IMG/VR virus record: IMGVR_UViG_3300025141_013434
Location: 64,001-128,000 of that record
DNA: 64,000 nucleotides
Reading direction: 5' to 3' (one strand)
Source: a virus
The notes under the pieces are model-generated. The model was not told the origin of the DNA and searched no databases. It worked only from the letters and a program-made list of their open reading frames with translations. Numbering within the stretch: position 1 is the stretch's first letter; each line of letters begins with the position of its first letter. The translations under genes and the position numbers were made by a program. Shown here in pieces: positions 1 through 8,951 of this stretch.

Positions 1-992
1 ACTTCTCCTGTGGAAGGTGATGGCTCTTCAAGGCCCCAGACATCAGCACCTACAACTGCGCCAATCGTATCTGCTCCGCCATTTCCAGCATTAGCATTAT
101 TGAAATTGTCTGCTACTGGAAATGACAAGTTGAGTCTCTGTCCATCGCCGCCGGCGACATCAGGAGCTGCACCGGGTCGACCGACGAAAAAGAGCTGCAA
201 GTTGCCGTCAGAGTCGAACTTGGTAAGTCTTCTGACCAAGGTTGCACCGGTGGATGAACCAGTAACCTGGGAAATAGCAGTGAGTGCATTCCTATTCAGG
301 GATGCAAGGTCGCCGCCGTTTGCAAAAGAAGAGGCACTAATTTGCAATGCCGTAACCATATTGGAATTGTCGGACAAAACATCAGGATCGAACCGGATAT
401 GCTTCTTCTGAGCCTGTGTAAAGGCAGAAGCAGAAACGTCGATAATTGGATTTGACCCCAAGGTCTGAGCCAAACCAACGTGGCTTCCTGTTGGTGAACT
501 GTAACCAGTTCCCAAATCGTAGAAGCCGCCGCCGCCATCCTGCTGCCGGTCAGACTGAGTGGGATCCAGGCCTAACTGAACACCACCGGTGATCTGACGA
601 CCAACGACGTGGCCACCGTATACCGATTCACCGGGCAATACCCCGGCTCTACCATGTGTGTGCGTAAAATCAAGGAAAAAGATAAGGCCACTCGGCAAGC
701 TCATTGGCTGAACCGATACCAAATCGTTAGCGATCAACCCGCCGAAAACACGACGAACGATCGGAAAAGCAACTGCGGCGAAGCCTTCGACATCACCTGC
801 AGCCATCGATGAAGCTTCTCGGAGAAGCTCCTTAGCCTGATTCTCAAGGAGAACGGCCATTGTATTCTTGTTGCGATCGTCACCAAGACCCTCTAGAAGT
901 CCAGTCTTTTCCCACTTATTAAGCAGGGCTGCTCCTTCCTTCTGGACGTCACGGTGAACGATGCCTTCTGTAAGTTTCTGTAAAACAGACAT
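1..992 (-). CDS. gp23: Major capsid protein, T4 gp23-like (partial; runs off the left edge)
   Basis: Not in the ORF track; my translation from ATG 992 gives MSVLQKLTEG...KWEKTGLLEGL...LLENQAKELLREASSM...AFPIVRRVFGGLIANDLVSVQPMSLPSGLIFFLDF, with the gp23 hallmarks 'LLENQ', 'P.VRR' and 'VQPM..P.G.IF'. SD AGGAGG near 1004-1009; follows the scaffold gene. Confidence 0.96.
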   Translation of the reverse strand, partial: MSVLQKLTEGIVHRDVQKEGAALLNKWEKTGLLEGLGDDRNKNTMAVLLENQAKELLREASSMAAGDVEGFAAVAFPIVRRVFGGLIANDLVSVQPMSLPSGLIFFLDFTHTHGRAGVLPGESVYGGHVVGRQITGGVQLGLDPTQSDRQQDGGGGFYDLGTGYSSPTGSHVGLAQTLGSNPIIDVSASAFTQAQKKHIRFDPDVLSDNSNMVTALQISASSFANGGDLASLNRNALTAISQVTGSSTGATLVRRLTKFDSDGNLQLFFVGRPGAAPDVAGGDGQRLNLSFPVADNFNNANAGNGGADTIGAVVGADVWGLEEPSPSTGE

Positions 993-1011
993 AGTTTTTC
1001 AAACCTCCTAA

Positions 1012-2124
1012 TTATTGTTTGTTCTTTTTGATGCCAGCCAAACGCTGCATCCTTTCCGCGAAGATATCACTAGTGTTGTTATCCACATCGTTTCTTCGGG
1101 AATTAATAATTAATGAAGGGTTTCTACTAACGGCTTCGCTCAGTGATTTCGGCAATGACTTCTTGTCAGTGCTTCCCACCGTGCTTTGAAGGGTCTCGTA
1201 AATAACCTTCGCTTCTTGTACAGTTTCAGCCTTGGAGATTGCTTCGACAATTTTTCTTTTTTGTCGCTCATTCAGGGAGGAATCTTCAAGGGACCTGTTA
1301 ATATATAAAAGTTTCGCATTGGAAACATTCACATTATCAATCTTTTCTTTTAAGAATAAGACAGCATCCCGGAATTCGTCATTTCGCTTGGAAAGCTTAT
1401 TCTCGGATGCTTTAGAAATTTTTATTGATTCTTCGAGTTCTGCGACTCGATTGCGCAGAGCTTCATTTTCTTCTTTGACCTCATCGTCGTTTTCTCTTGC
1501 GACGGCCTGGAGTTCAGCTTCATCTAGTGCTGGCTCTGGAGTTGCCAGATGACCAGTCTTTACCGGCTCAATGTCAACTTTAAGTCTTTCCATTATTTCG
1601 TCTACTAGGAAATCTTCAAGGTCAAAGTCTTCTGTCATCGTGCTGGCCGCTTCGGGAGAGGTCTCTGCAGCTGTGGCTAAAGTATCATCGGCAGCAAGTT
1701 CTTGATGAGTTTCTTCCGGGGCGGGGGGTGCGCCTTCTTCAGCTTCTATATCCTGTATCTTTTGAACCAGATCTGGCAGTTCGAATGTTACTGTTTCTGA
1801 ATCGCTAGCGGGTTGTTCGGGAATATCGTCGGCGGGTGCGGAGGGAATTTGTTCCAAGGATGGATCTTCTTCCACTTCTTCTTCTCCTCCAAGTTCCGCG
1901 CCAAGGTCACCGCCCAGATCGTCTAGGCCGCCGGCGAGGTCATCACCTGCGGGCTCTTCCAATCCAGCGAGAGGATCCTCTTCATCCTCCTGCTCTAAAA
2001 GAGCGCTTACAGCTTCTTTTATCTGATCAGAATATTTTTCGATGACCATGGTTTCGGCATTTTTGATCGCAGCCTCTTTCAAGGCCTTTGCATCAACGAT
2101 GGCTTGTTCTAAAAGTGAAGACAT
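1012..2124 (-). CDS. Prohead core/scaffold protein (gp22-like)
   Basis: Very acidic 370-aa coiled-coil protein directly upstream of the MCP gene; C-terminal 'ERMQRLAGI'; many L/I-x-E sites. Confidence 0.85.
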   Translation of the reverse strand: MSSLLEQAIVDAKALKEAAIKNAETMVIEKYSDQIKEAVSALLEQEDEEDPLAGLEEPAGDDLAGGLDDLGGDLGAELGGEEEVEEDPSLEQIPSAPADDIPEQPASDSETVTFELPDLVQKIQDIEAEEGAPPAPEETHQELAADDTLATAAETSPEAASTMTEDFDLEDFLVDEIMERLKVDIEPVKTGHLATPEPALDEAELQAVARENDDEVKEENEALRNRVAELEESIKISKASENKLSKRNDEFRDAVLFLKEKIDNVNVSNAKLLYINRSLEDSSLNERQKRKIVEAISKAETVQEAKVIYETLQSTVGSTDKKSLPKSLSEAVSRNPSLIINSRRNDVDNNTSDIFAERMQRLAGIKKNKQ

Positions 2125-2159
2125 AAACTTACCCCTTAAAAAAGAAAATTTCTCACAAG

Positions 2160-2167
2160 TAATTAGT
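2160..2167 (-). promoter_or_regulatory. Candidate late promoter ACTAATTA upstream of scaffold and MCP
   Basis: Recurrent motif in an 88-nt intergenic gap. Confidence 0.6.
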
Positions 2168-2212
2168 AATTCAAAAAGCTAAATGACAGTAAATATTACT
2201 TACAAGGTAGGA

Positions 2213-3295
2213 CTAGGGATTCTCAGTCACAGAGCCGTCGTCTCGAACGTACCAGCAAGCTTGATCATTAGCGCCCATGCAATGTGCAAAAGTGCTTCCG
2301 CCATAATTTAAAGTTGTAAGGCCTCCGGACTCGTTAGGGTTGCAATTACCTTCTTGACCCACGAGGATACAAGGAACATAACCAACAAAAGTCCAGTCAT
2401 CGGGGCTGGTGTTTTGATATTGATTGTCGAAAATGGCCAGCTTATAAAAGTTGTATGCTGCGGAAGACTCTTCATCATTCCCCGGATGCTGATTTCGAGT
2501 ATATGTCGCATGATTTTGAAAGCCCTTGTAGGCGACAGCAGGGCCAGCAACACAGGGAACCCACACGTTATTGCTGGATTCGTATCTCATATGAAAAATA
2601 TTATAAAGAGTTCCACCTACATTGGCCCAGCTGGTAAATTTAGAGCAGGCTATAAAAAACCCTGATGCGTTATTGCCATGGGATTCTATTTGACCCGCGA
2701 ACATACCAACATCATAATATTTATTATCTCCTGAAACCAAGTGCTTTCTCAAAAACACATAATTCGGAGTTTCTATTATTTTTGCATATGCATATCCACT
2801 ATAGTTTGCATATAGTCCCCCATAGTCTCCGCCGCCGGCTCGGGTCCATCCGGAAAAACGAGTAGCTGACGCAATTTGAGTAGCCCTATTTGTTATCGAA
2901 GATACTCCGCCGGCGGGGGCGATGGCGAGATGTACATCGTTTTGAGTATAGGTGCCGGATGATCCGTATGTGCCCACAGTGTCGCCCATAACGTTTGGGC
3001 ACTTGTTTGTTTTCATTGCACTACCGACATCATACCCATTTGCAAGGCATATCTCCACACCGGTTGTTGCGTTCTCTATAATAAACCCACCATCGCCGGC
3101 CGCTGAAGTGGTTGACGCGGTGCCCGATTTGATAGACCAATATTTAGAAACACCGTTAAAATGAGTATATAATGCTGCCAGAAAGTTTCTTACTCCCGAG
3201 GTTGCAGAAGCGCCCGTCCACGATATCGCAGAAAACTGAATATCAGTTGCGGTCGATGACCCGGGTGTTAGTTTTTTTGGTTGCTGCAATGACAT
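2213..3295 (-). CDS. Virion structural protein of unknown function (paralog of 3297..4523)
   Basis: Gly/Ser/Thr/aromatic-rich. Likely start MSLQQPK at 3295, just after the upstream stop, rather than 3355. Confidence 0.7.
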   Translation of the reverse strand: MSLQQPKKLTPGSSTATDIQFSAISWTGASATSGVRNFLAALYTHFNGVSKYWSIKSGTASTTSAAGDGGFIIENATTGVEICLANGYDVGSAMKTNKCPNVMGDTVGTYGSSGTYTQNDVHLAIAPAGGVSSITNRATQIASATRFSGWTRAGGGDYGGLYANYSGYAYAKIIETPNYVFLRKHLVSGDNKYYDVGMFAGQIESHGNNASGFFIACSKFTSWANVGGTLYNIFHMRYESSNNVWVPCVAGPAVAYKGFQNHATYTRNQHPGNDEESSAAYNFYKLAIFDNQYQNTSPDDWTFVGYVPCILVGQEGNCNPNESGGLTTLNYGGSTFAHCMGANDQACWYVRDDGSVTENP

Positions 3296-3296
3296 A

Positions 3297-4523
3297 TTAT
3301 TCAGCCACCTGCCCGTCGTCGTAAACCCAGAAGCTACCTGACATGTTTGCAGCATAAGTTGTATTGTTGGAATCCTTCATTAGGGCAGAGTTTGCAATAT
3401 TTCTACAGTGCTTCGATGGTTCCGCGGGACCAATCAAAACACAAGGAAAGGTTCCGATCATTATTGAGTTGTTGGTAGTTGCCAGTTGACCATAGTTGTC
3501 AACAAGGGCACACTTGTGCAAATTAAAGTTTGTGCCATCGTGAGAAGATGTAGGAAGATTCGGGTAAGAACCGCCGGCGTCCAAAAAGCCGCCTTGATCG
3601 TCCTCTGGTCGAGCCTTACCTATGCCAAACCGGCCGGCAGAGGCTTCATACACACACTGAACTCCCAATCTAGTTCCCCAGCCACCGTTAGAATCACGGC
3701 CGTCGCTGTAAGTAGTTGACCAGCTCCCACCACAAACAACATTCCTAGTAGTGTTAACACCGGGAGATTCTATCTTTCCACAAAAGACCCCAGTGCGATA
3801 AGCAGCACCATGATTCGTGACGACTGTTTGGTAGGCCTTGTTATCCGATGACCCGGTATAGTCCATTTTGGCCCGCACAAAGAACCAATCTTTAGTTTCT
3901 AATATCTTGAGCTTCACTATGCTGCCAGCCATACGACCACCACCAAACACGTCGTAACAAAGGCCAGAAAATCTACTATTTCCCGCTGAGGCTGTAAGAA
4001 CTCCAGTTATCTCACAAGCAGTATCCATACCAACAAACACGTCCCTATAGGTAGAACAGGTGACATAAGTGCCCGGGTCGTGGCCCTTATCTTTTACGTC
4101 CCTGAACTTCTTTTGGAACTCGTTTCTCCAGGATGCGGGAGCAGCGTTAATAAATAAGAATCGGGCGTCGTTATTGGCAGTACTTTCTGTTTTAGACTTT
4201 ACAATAAATCCCCGCTCACCGGTACCCTGAGAGTTATTTGCAAAAGTCATATTTGCATTACTTGAGCCAGAATCACCTGTATGTACAGTCCAATATTGGG
4301 ATTCCCCGTTAAAGTACGCATATAGTTCTGCCATTATTTTTCGTATGTTTGCGCCACCGCTATATTGCACAATCCCACTCCCGGGACTGGTAGAACCATA
4401 TTCAGCGCCGGAATCATTAAGGGTGACAGATCCATGATCCCAAGACCTAACGCCGATATAAGCATCTGCTAGGGATGGGACAGCTGTCGCGAAAGCTGTT
4501 CGAACTTTTACTGCTGTTGTCAT
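3297..4523 (-). CDS. Virion structural protein of unknown function (paralog of 2213..3295)
   Basis: 408 aa; collinear motifs shared with the neighbour (LYAYFNGESQYW/LYTHFNGVSKYW; GKIESPG/GQIESHG; PCVLIG/PCILVG; DDGQV/DDGSV). Confidence 0.75.
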   Translation of the reverse strand: MTTAVKVRTAFATAVPSLADAYIGVRSWDHGSVTLNDSGAEYGSTSPGSGIVQYSGGANIRKIMAELYAYFNGESQYWTVHTGDSGSSNANMTFANNSQGTGERGFIVKSKTESTANNDARFLFINAAPASWRNEFQKKFRDVKDKGHDPGTYVTCSTYRDVFVGMDTACEITGVLTASAGNSRFSGLCYDVFGGGRMAGSIVKLKILETKDWFFVRAKMDYTGSSDNKAYQTVVTNHGAAYRTGVFCGKIESPGVNTTRNVVCGGSWSTTYSDGRDSNGGWGTRLGVQCVYEASAGRFGIGKARPEDDQGGFLDAGGSYPNLPTSSHDGTNFNLHKCALVDNYGQLATTNNSIMIGTFPCVLIGPAEPSKHCRNIANSALMKDSNNTTYAANMSGSFWVYDDGQVAE

Positions 4524-4533
4524 TTTCTACGCC

Positions 4534-4608
4534 TTAAGCTCTATTGACTCCAGAGGGGATTTTCTCACAAAGCATTTTATTGTCTGTAGTTTGTCTTTTA
4601 CTGCTCAT
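4534..4608 (-). CDS. Putative small ORF, 24 aa (MSSKRQTTDNKMLCEKIPSGVNRA)
   Basis: ATG preceded by TAAGGAG; fills the gap between 4623 and 4523. Confidence 0.35.
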   Translation of the reverse strand: MSSKRQTTDNKMLCEKIPSGVNRA

Positions 4609-4622
4609 ATTAAAAAAACTCC

Positions 4623-4853
4623 TTATGAAACTATCGTTCCGCCTGATGGTAGGTTTATATCATCACATGGTATCGTACAAAACCCCTTTCTAGGGTTCAT
4701 CTGGGTTCGAATCATTGCACGAGAAAACAAAATAAAAGGAACCTGATCAATGTCTCCGCAAACAACATGCTGACCAGAAGCGTCAATGTTTGTCTCTAAA
4801 ACTCCACTTTGATTAAAAGTTGTGAATCTTCTGTTTCCGTTGCCGTAGGCCAT
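4623..4853 (-). CDS. Hypothetical protein (76 aa)
   Basis: Start MAYGNG at 4853 preceded by TAAGGAG; contains 'IDQVPF'. Confidence 0.7.
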   Translation of the reverse strand: MAYGNGNRRFTTFNQSGVLETNIDASGQHVVCGDIDQVPFILFSRAMIRTQMNPRKGFCTIPCDDINLPSGGTIVS

Positions 4854-4867
4854 CTTCTTAAATCTCC

Positions 4868-5311
4868 TTAGAATGTTGAGCAGGCGGCCCAACACTTAGT
4901 ATCGGCAGTGACTCCAACAAAAGCAAGCCTGTCTACACCAAAGATTTCAAAGGTCTGGGCCTTCCGACCAGCGAGTGCTTCCGTACCATCATTATCCGGG
5001 GCGGTCAAGGTCACGGCGGTGGGTGGCTCGCCAGCATCCGAAGGGGCTAATAGCGGAAACCATTTTCCAAATGCATGGTTATACCCGTATACAGTAATTG
5101 TTCTGGCCCCGGCGGTGTCGTCGTCCGCGGAGCCGTTACCCACCAAAAGATGAAGGTACCTTTGATTTTCTGTTGCATAGCCATCGGTCACCGCGGTGAG
5201 AGCACCAACCAGTACGACGCTGACCTCAGCCGCGCGCGTGCTGGCAAGATTTTTCGGTCCCCTTGTTCTGCCCCAGCTAGTGTTCTTGTATACTTTGTTA
5301 TCATGCGCCAT
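4868..5311 (-). CDS. Hypothetical protein, possibly a head decoration protein (147 aa)
   Basis: SD AAGGAG upstream; beta-rich; lies in the head gene cluster. Confidence 0.7.
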   Translation of the reverse strand: MAHDNKVYKNTSWGRTRGPKNLASTRAAEVSVVLVGALTAVTDGYATENQRYLHLLVGNGSADDDTAGARTITVYGYNHAFGKWFPLLAPSDAGEPPTAVTLTAPDNDGTEALAGRKAQTFEIFGVDRLAFVGVTADTKCWAACSTF

Positions 5312-5343
5312 TTATGCAACTCCTTGCTCTCTAATATATAGAA

Positions 5344-5562
5344 CTATTTATTGTTCTTTTTCGTTGTTTCCCTGGAAATTCTCTTTTTTCTTTCTCTTTT
5401 TCTTCGGCGTTTTTCAGATGCACTTTGAAAATGTCTTCTTTCCCTCACTAATTCCAAAAGTCCATCCTTTTTAACTTTCTTGACAAACTTCTTTATTAAC
5501 CTCTCATTCTCGTCGAGATATTTTGAATTCGCTTCCACCTCGATATATATAGCCTTGGCCAT
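5344..5562 (-). CDS. rpsU: Phage-encoded 30S ribosomal protein bS21
   Basis: MAKAIYIEVE...ENERLIKKFVKKVKKDGLLELVRERRHFQSASEKRRRKRE matches the bS21 pattern (E..e.alkrFkrk..k.G.l.e.r.R.hy.kpSekR+rk); start 5562 with GAGGA SD. Confidence 0.85.
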   Translation of the reverse strand: MAKAIYIEVEANSKYLDENERLIKKFVKKVKKDGLLELVRERRHFQSASEKRRRKRERKKRISRETTKKNNK

Positions 5563-5579
5563 TAGGGTCCTCGCTTTCC

Positions 5580-6020
5580 TTAAATAAGTTTTTTCCAAGC
5601 ATCGCCGGCAACAGAAAGAATACCATCTATATTAATGCCCGGGTCGCCCGGGGAATAGTCAGACAACGGGGAGCTTGGGGTGGTGGTCTCCGATACAGAC
5701 CCGCCACGAGAGATGGGCTCCGTGCCTTCGAATACGTTTATTCCATTGAAAGCCTCTCCTCCAATGGCGTCGAGCATTTTCTTTCTAGTTTCTGTCAACT
5801 GCTTTCTTTTAGTTTTTTGTCTTTCTTTCAGAAGGTCTCCAGGCGGCGGGCTCATGTTGGCGGTAGCCTGTGGTCTCGACTCCACTATCGGAGTGCCAAC
5901 ATTTACACCTTTCACAACTTCTGAAATTATGCCCGAAAGTACACCTTCATCAAATATTACTTCTTTTATACACTGTTTGATAAGGGGCTTTAAGGCTTTT
6001 TTTAATTCTTCGTTTTTCAT
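5580..6020 (-). CDS. Hypothetical head-cluster protein (146 aa)
   Basis: Clean ORF; N-terminal 'LKPLIKQCIKEVI'. Confidence 0.8.
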   Translation of the reverse strand: MKNEELKKALKPLIKQCIKEVIFDEGVLSGIISEVVKGVNVGTPIVESRPQATANMSPPPGDLLKERQKTKRKQLTETRKKMLDAIGGEAFNGINVFEGTEPISRGGSVSETTTPSSPLSDYSPGDPGINIDGILSVAGDAWKKLI

Positions 6021-6025
6021 TCCTG

Positions 6026-6478
6026 TTAGCTTAACCTTTCATAATCTTCAACGCCAGCTGCAGCTAATCTCCTGCGACGGCGGTCATCATCGGAAACACC
6101 AGAGGGTTCATCTCCTGCGGGTTCATCACCTTCGGGGGCCTCGGCATCGTCGGCCGGCTCGGGGGTTGGGAGTCGTGCTTCTATTTCTGAATCTTCGAGC
6201 GCCTCCAGTGCGACCCAGGCTCCCTGAAGGCCTTCTGAGACTTCTTCTCCCGTTTTCTCTTTTGCCAACCCTCTTATGACTTCAGATATTTGATCTAAAA
6301 GCTGTAAAAATTCTGCTTGACTTTCCCCAGTAAATTTGCGGCCACCGGAAGCCTTGCTAATAAATACGGCAAGGCGCTTTTCCGGGTCCTCCTTTTGTGC
6401 GGGTTCTGCTGCAGGTTCACCTTCTACTTCTTCCAAAATTGCTTCTTTAATAATTTCGCTGAGTTGTTCTTTATTCAA
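6026..6478 (-). CDS. Acidic hypothetical protein, possible internal head/core protein
   Basis: Probable TTG start at 6478 (GAGGA 8 nt upstream); N-terminal 'EQLSEIIKEAILEE'. Confidence 0.7.
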   Translation of the reverse strand: MNKEQLSEIIKEAILEEVEGEPAAEPAQKEDPEKRLAVFISKASGGRKFTGESQAEFLQLLDQISEVIRGLAKEKTGEEVSEGLQGAWVALEALEDSEIEARLPTPEPADDAEAPEGDEPAGDEPSGVSDDDRRRRRLAAAGVEDYERLS

Positions 6479-6482
6479 TGGA

Positions 6483-7082
6483 TCAATCCTCTTCAATAAT
6501 GCTGTTCAAAATTCGATTTATTTTATCGGCCTTCGTAAGGCCCGCAGATCGGTCCCTGGCTTCCGACATCATAAAAGCACCAGGAGTAGAGGGGTCCGAA
6601 ACCATGTCAAAACATATGAGTTGAAAATCATCTTCTACCATGGTGTTCCCGTTATCTTCCCTGACAGAACCCATGCCCCTAGAAGAGATTCCCAGCTTAA
6701 CTCCGCACGATATCAACTCTTTTAGCACCTTTCCCGAAGGTGTGTTGAGCACTTCTATCTTGCCCATAACTTTATCGCCGTCTGCCCATATTTCAGTGAC
6801 CAAATGAGACGCATTTGACAGGTTGACAACCGAAGTCTCTGGATGGTCTAATTCGCCCAAAGCTCTTCTTTCCTTTACGATTTTTTGATAATTTTTAACT
6901 TCCCTCATCAGGGTTTTTGACGGATATACGCGGCCATTTCCATTTCTGACATTTGCCTGTTGCATAATGCCTGTCAAGTAAACTGCGCCATTCTCTCTTA
7001 CCTTTCGTTTTTCGTCTTCAGTAAGAAGGTCTTGGCATATTCCGCCTTCGCAAAGTTCGTAAAATTCTCTAAGAAGTTTCAT
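6483..7082 (-). CDS. gp21: Prohead core protein protease (T4 gp21-like)
   Basis: Motifs 'NGNGRVYP', 'ALGELDHP', 'GISSRGMGS', 'FDMVSDPS'. Confidence 0.95.
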   Translation of the reverse strand: MKLLREFYELCEGGICQDLLTEDEKRKVRENGAVYLTGIMQQANVRNGNGRVYPSKTLMREVKNYQKIVKERRALGELDHPETSVVNLSNASHLVTEIWADGDKVMGKIEVLNTPSGKVLKELISCGVKLGISSRGMGSVREDNGNTMVEDDFQLICFDMVSDPSTPGAFMMSEARDRSAGLTKADKINRILNSIIEED

Positions 7083-7095
7083 CTTTAATCCTCAA

Positions 7096-7110
7096 CGCGG
7101 GGGCCACCCG
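7096..7110 (-). promoter_or_regulatory. Short GC-rich hairpin just upstream of the protease RBS
   Basis: Minus strand GCGGG-TGGCC-CCCGC, followed by GTTGAGGATTAAAGAT-ATG. Confidence 0.35.
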
Positions 7111-7116
7111 CCTCAT

Positions 7117-7182
7117 CTAAGATCCCTTACAACAATTAGCAACAGGTCTTATATACCATCTTATGGTTGTGAATGGTCTCAT
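7117..7182 (-). CDS. Putative micropeptide MRPFTTIRWYIRPVANCCKGS (21 aa)
   Basis: ATGA overlap with the stop of 7179..7517; AGGAG SD upstream; fills the intergenic gap. Confidence 0.5.
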   Translation of the reverse strand: MRPFTTIRWYIRPVANCCKGS

Positions 7183-7517
7183 TTCCATCTCCTATAATTT
7201 GTTTTCTTTTTAAAACTAACACCATTGTGTTCTATCTTTAATCCGTTATCTCCGAACAACATATTAAGAACATAACTTGTTGCTGAACTAAGACACCCTA
7301 ATAAAAAACCCGTAACTAAAGATTCATCAAAACTAAATAGTTCTGTTGTGTCATTAAGGGCCCACAAAAATACACCTACCCAAAAACCCATACACATTGG
7401 GCAGCTAAATAACTTCCCTAGGGATCCTTTCGCTGGTCGTATTTTTTTTAAGATTGTTGCATAAACAAGTATTTGTGTTAATCCGTATGCACAAAGGACA
7501 AAATATATTAAGCTCAC
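7179..7517 (-). CDS. Small membrane protein, DUF1360-like
   Basis: Three hydrophobic segments and an 'LFSCPMCMGFWVG' CxxC motif. Confidence 0.7.
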   Translation of the reverse strand: MSLIYFVLCAYGLTQILVYATILKKIRPAKGSLGKLFSCPMCMGFWVGVFLWALNDTTELFSFDESLVTGFLLGCLSSATSYVLNMLFGDNGLKIEHNGVSFKKKTNYRRWK

Positions 7518-8131
7518 TTCTCCTCGCTTTCTCTAAGAACCGAATACATATACTGATAGCCGTATGGGCGCACCGTGTGATCAAGGGAGCCTTTTTTGTC
7601 AGAGTGGGGAATTTCTCCAAGCTCAGTACTATCCTCATCATCAGGATCTACGAAGTGTTGCAACATGTCCTGTTTGAGGTCTCTTCTTGCAAAAATGTCT
7701 GGCTTTTCTTGCTCCAAAAATATACTTGTCATAAAAATAGCAGTCTGTACAGAATCAATGCCTTCTATTTTTGATTCATGTATTTCCGCTTCCAAAGAAG
7801 AATATACATTCCCGCCTTGAATACTAGACCTTTCTATGACTCCTTTTTTTGCCATAAACTCATAGAACCTGTCTTGTGTAGGATAAACTTCTCTTTGTTT
7901 TAAATTCTTCGGAAACGTTATCAATTTGCTTTTTCCCGGAGAGACAACTATATCTATTAGATCATGATCGAATATCATGATGTCTCCATTCAGAGCCCGG
8001 CGAGCGACCATTTCGACTGTGACTGGTTTAGGTTCGTCGGGGGGATCCGCCACTATCTTTATCTTTATGGACCCTTCTTCTTGCGGGCCCTCTGTGACAC
8101 CAGTCGGAATTATCTTTACTTTAATTGCCAT
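7514..8131 (-). CDS. Hypothetical protein (205 aa)
   Basis: Overlaps both neighbours, consistent with translational coupling. Confidence 0.8.
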   Translation of the reverse strand: MAIKVKIIPTGVTEGPQEEGSIKIKIVADPPDEPKPVTVEMVARRALNGDIMIFDHDLIDIVVSPGKSKLITFPKNLKQREVYPTQDRFYEFMAKKGVIERSSIQGGNVYSSLEAEIHESKIEGIDSVQTAIFMTSIFLEQEKPDIFARRDLKQDMLQHFVDPDDEDSTELGEIPHSDKKGSLDHTVRPYGYQYMYSVLRESEEK

Positions 8132-8951
8132 CTTTCTCTATCTCTTGCACAAGGCTTTGTATTTTTATAACCTCTTCTAGCATTATCATGTCTATACCGC
8201 TGTTCTTGTAACCCTCAAGTTTCGAAAGAACCGCCTCGGTTTTTAGTTTCATTTCTTGGTCTTGCTCCATTATCGGATCACCAATAGCTCTTTTAACTTT
8301 TTCTTTTAGTGCGCCTATTTCGTCATTGAGATAAATTTTGAGAGCCAAGCCATTGTCAGAAAACGATGCAACATACTTTGTCAAAAGCTCTTTTTGCCCC
8401 TCGTTCAGGGAGTCACAATACTTTTCATTAAACCTTTTTACAAACGATTTAAAAACCAGATTATCTATCGGGTCTTTAGTGTTCGCTTTTCGCGAGGAGT
8501 TTTTGTTTGTTAAATTATTTAAAAACTTCTGTTCCAGCAAGACCCTTTCTTTTACATTTGCCGAATCGTTGAATATCGCATAAAGGCTAGCTAAATTTTT
8601 ATAGTTTGGAACAAAGTTTGCGAACACGCCACTCAGAGACTTGTTTATCTTCTTTATAAGGGCGCTCTGTTCCACAAACAACCCCTTCTTGTCAAGCTTG
8701 GAATAAGCTATCTTTGCTTCCATCATTAGCTTTTCAGCGGTCGAAAGATCCAGTTCATTAGTTTCGTACAAGGACTTGTAAATTTCCAACTCCTTCAACA
8801 AATTAGAATCTTTTGGAAAATGCTCTTTAATAATTTCAACAATCTTGTTTTTCTTAAAAGTGTTGTTTTTTATTATACTTTTGGTTAATTCTCGAACCAA
8901 AGCCTCGTAAACGAAAGCCGTATTTCTTTTTTTATTATGTTTCAGTCTCAT
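8121..8951 (-). CDS. Hypothetical protein downstream of portal (276 aa, helical)
   Basis: MRLKHNKKRNT start overlapping the end of the portal gene. Confidence 0.8.
   Translation of the reverse strand: MRLKHNKKRNTAFVYEALVRELTKSIIKNNTFKKNKIVEIIKEHFPKDSNLLKELEIYKSLYETNELDLSTAEKLMMEAKIAYSKLDKKGLFVEQSALIKKINKSLSGVFANFVPNYKNLASLYAIFNDSANVKERVLLEQKFLNNLTNKNSSRKANTKDPIDNLVFKSFVKRFNEKYCDSLNEGQKELLTKYVASFSDNGLALKIYLNDEIGALKEKVKRAIGDPIMEQDQEMKLKTEAVLSKLEGYKNSGIDMIMLEEVIKIQSLVQEIEKDGN

Noticed and set aside
7117-7230. Programmed -1 frameshift fusing the DUF1360-like protein to the CC peptide
   Set aside because: The -1 frame has a TAG between the A/T-rich run and the peptide, and there is no canonical slippery heptamer in frame
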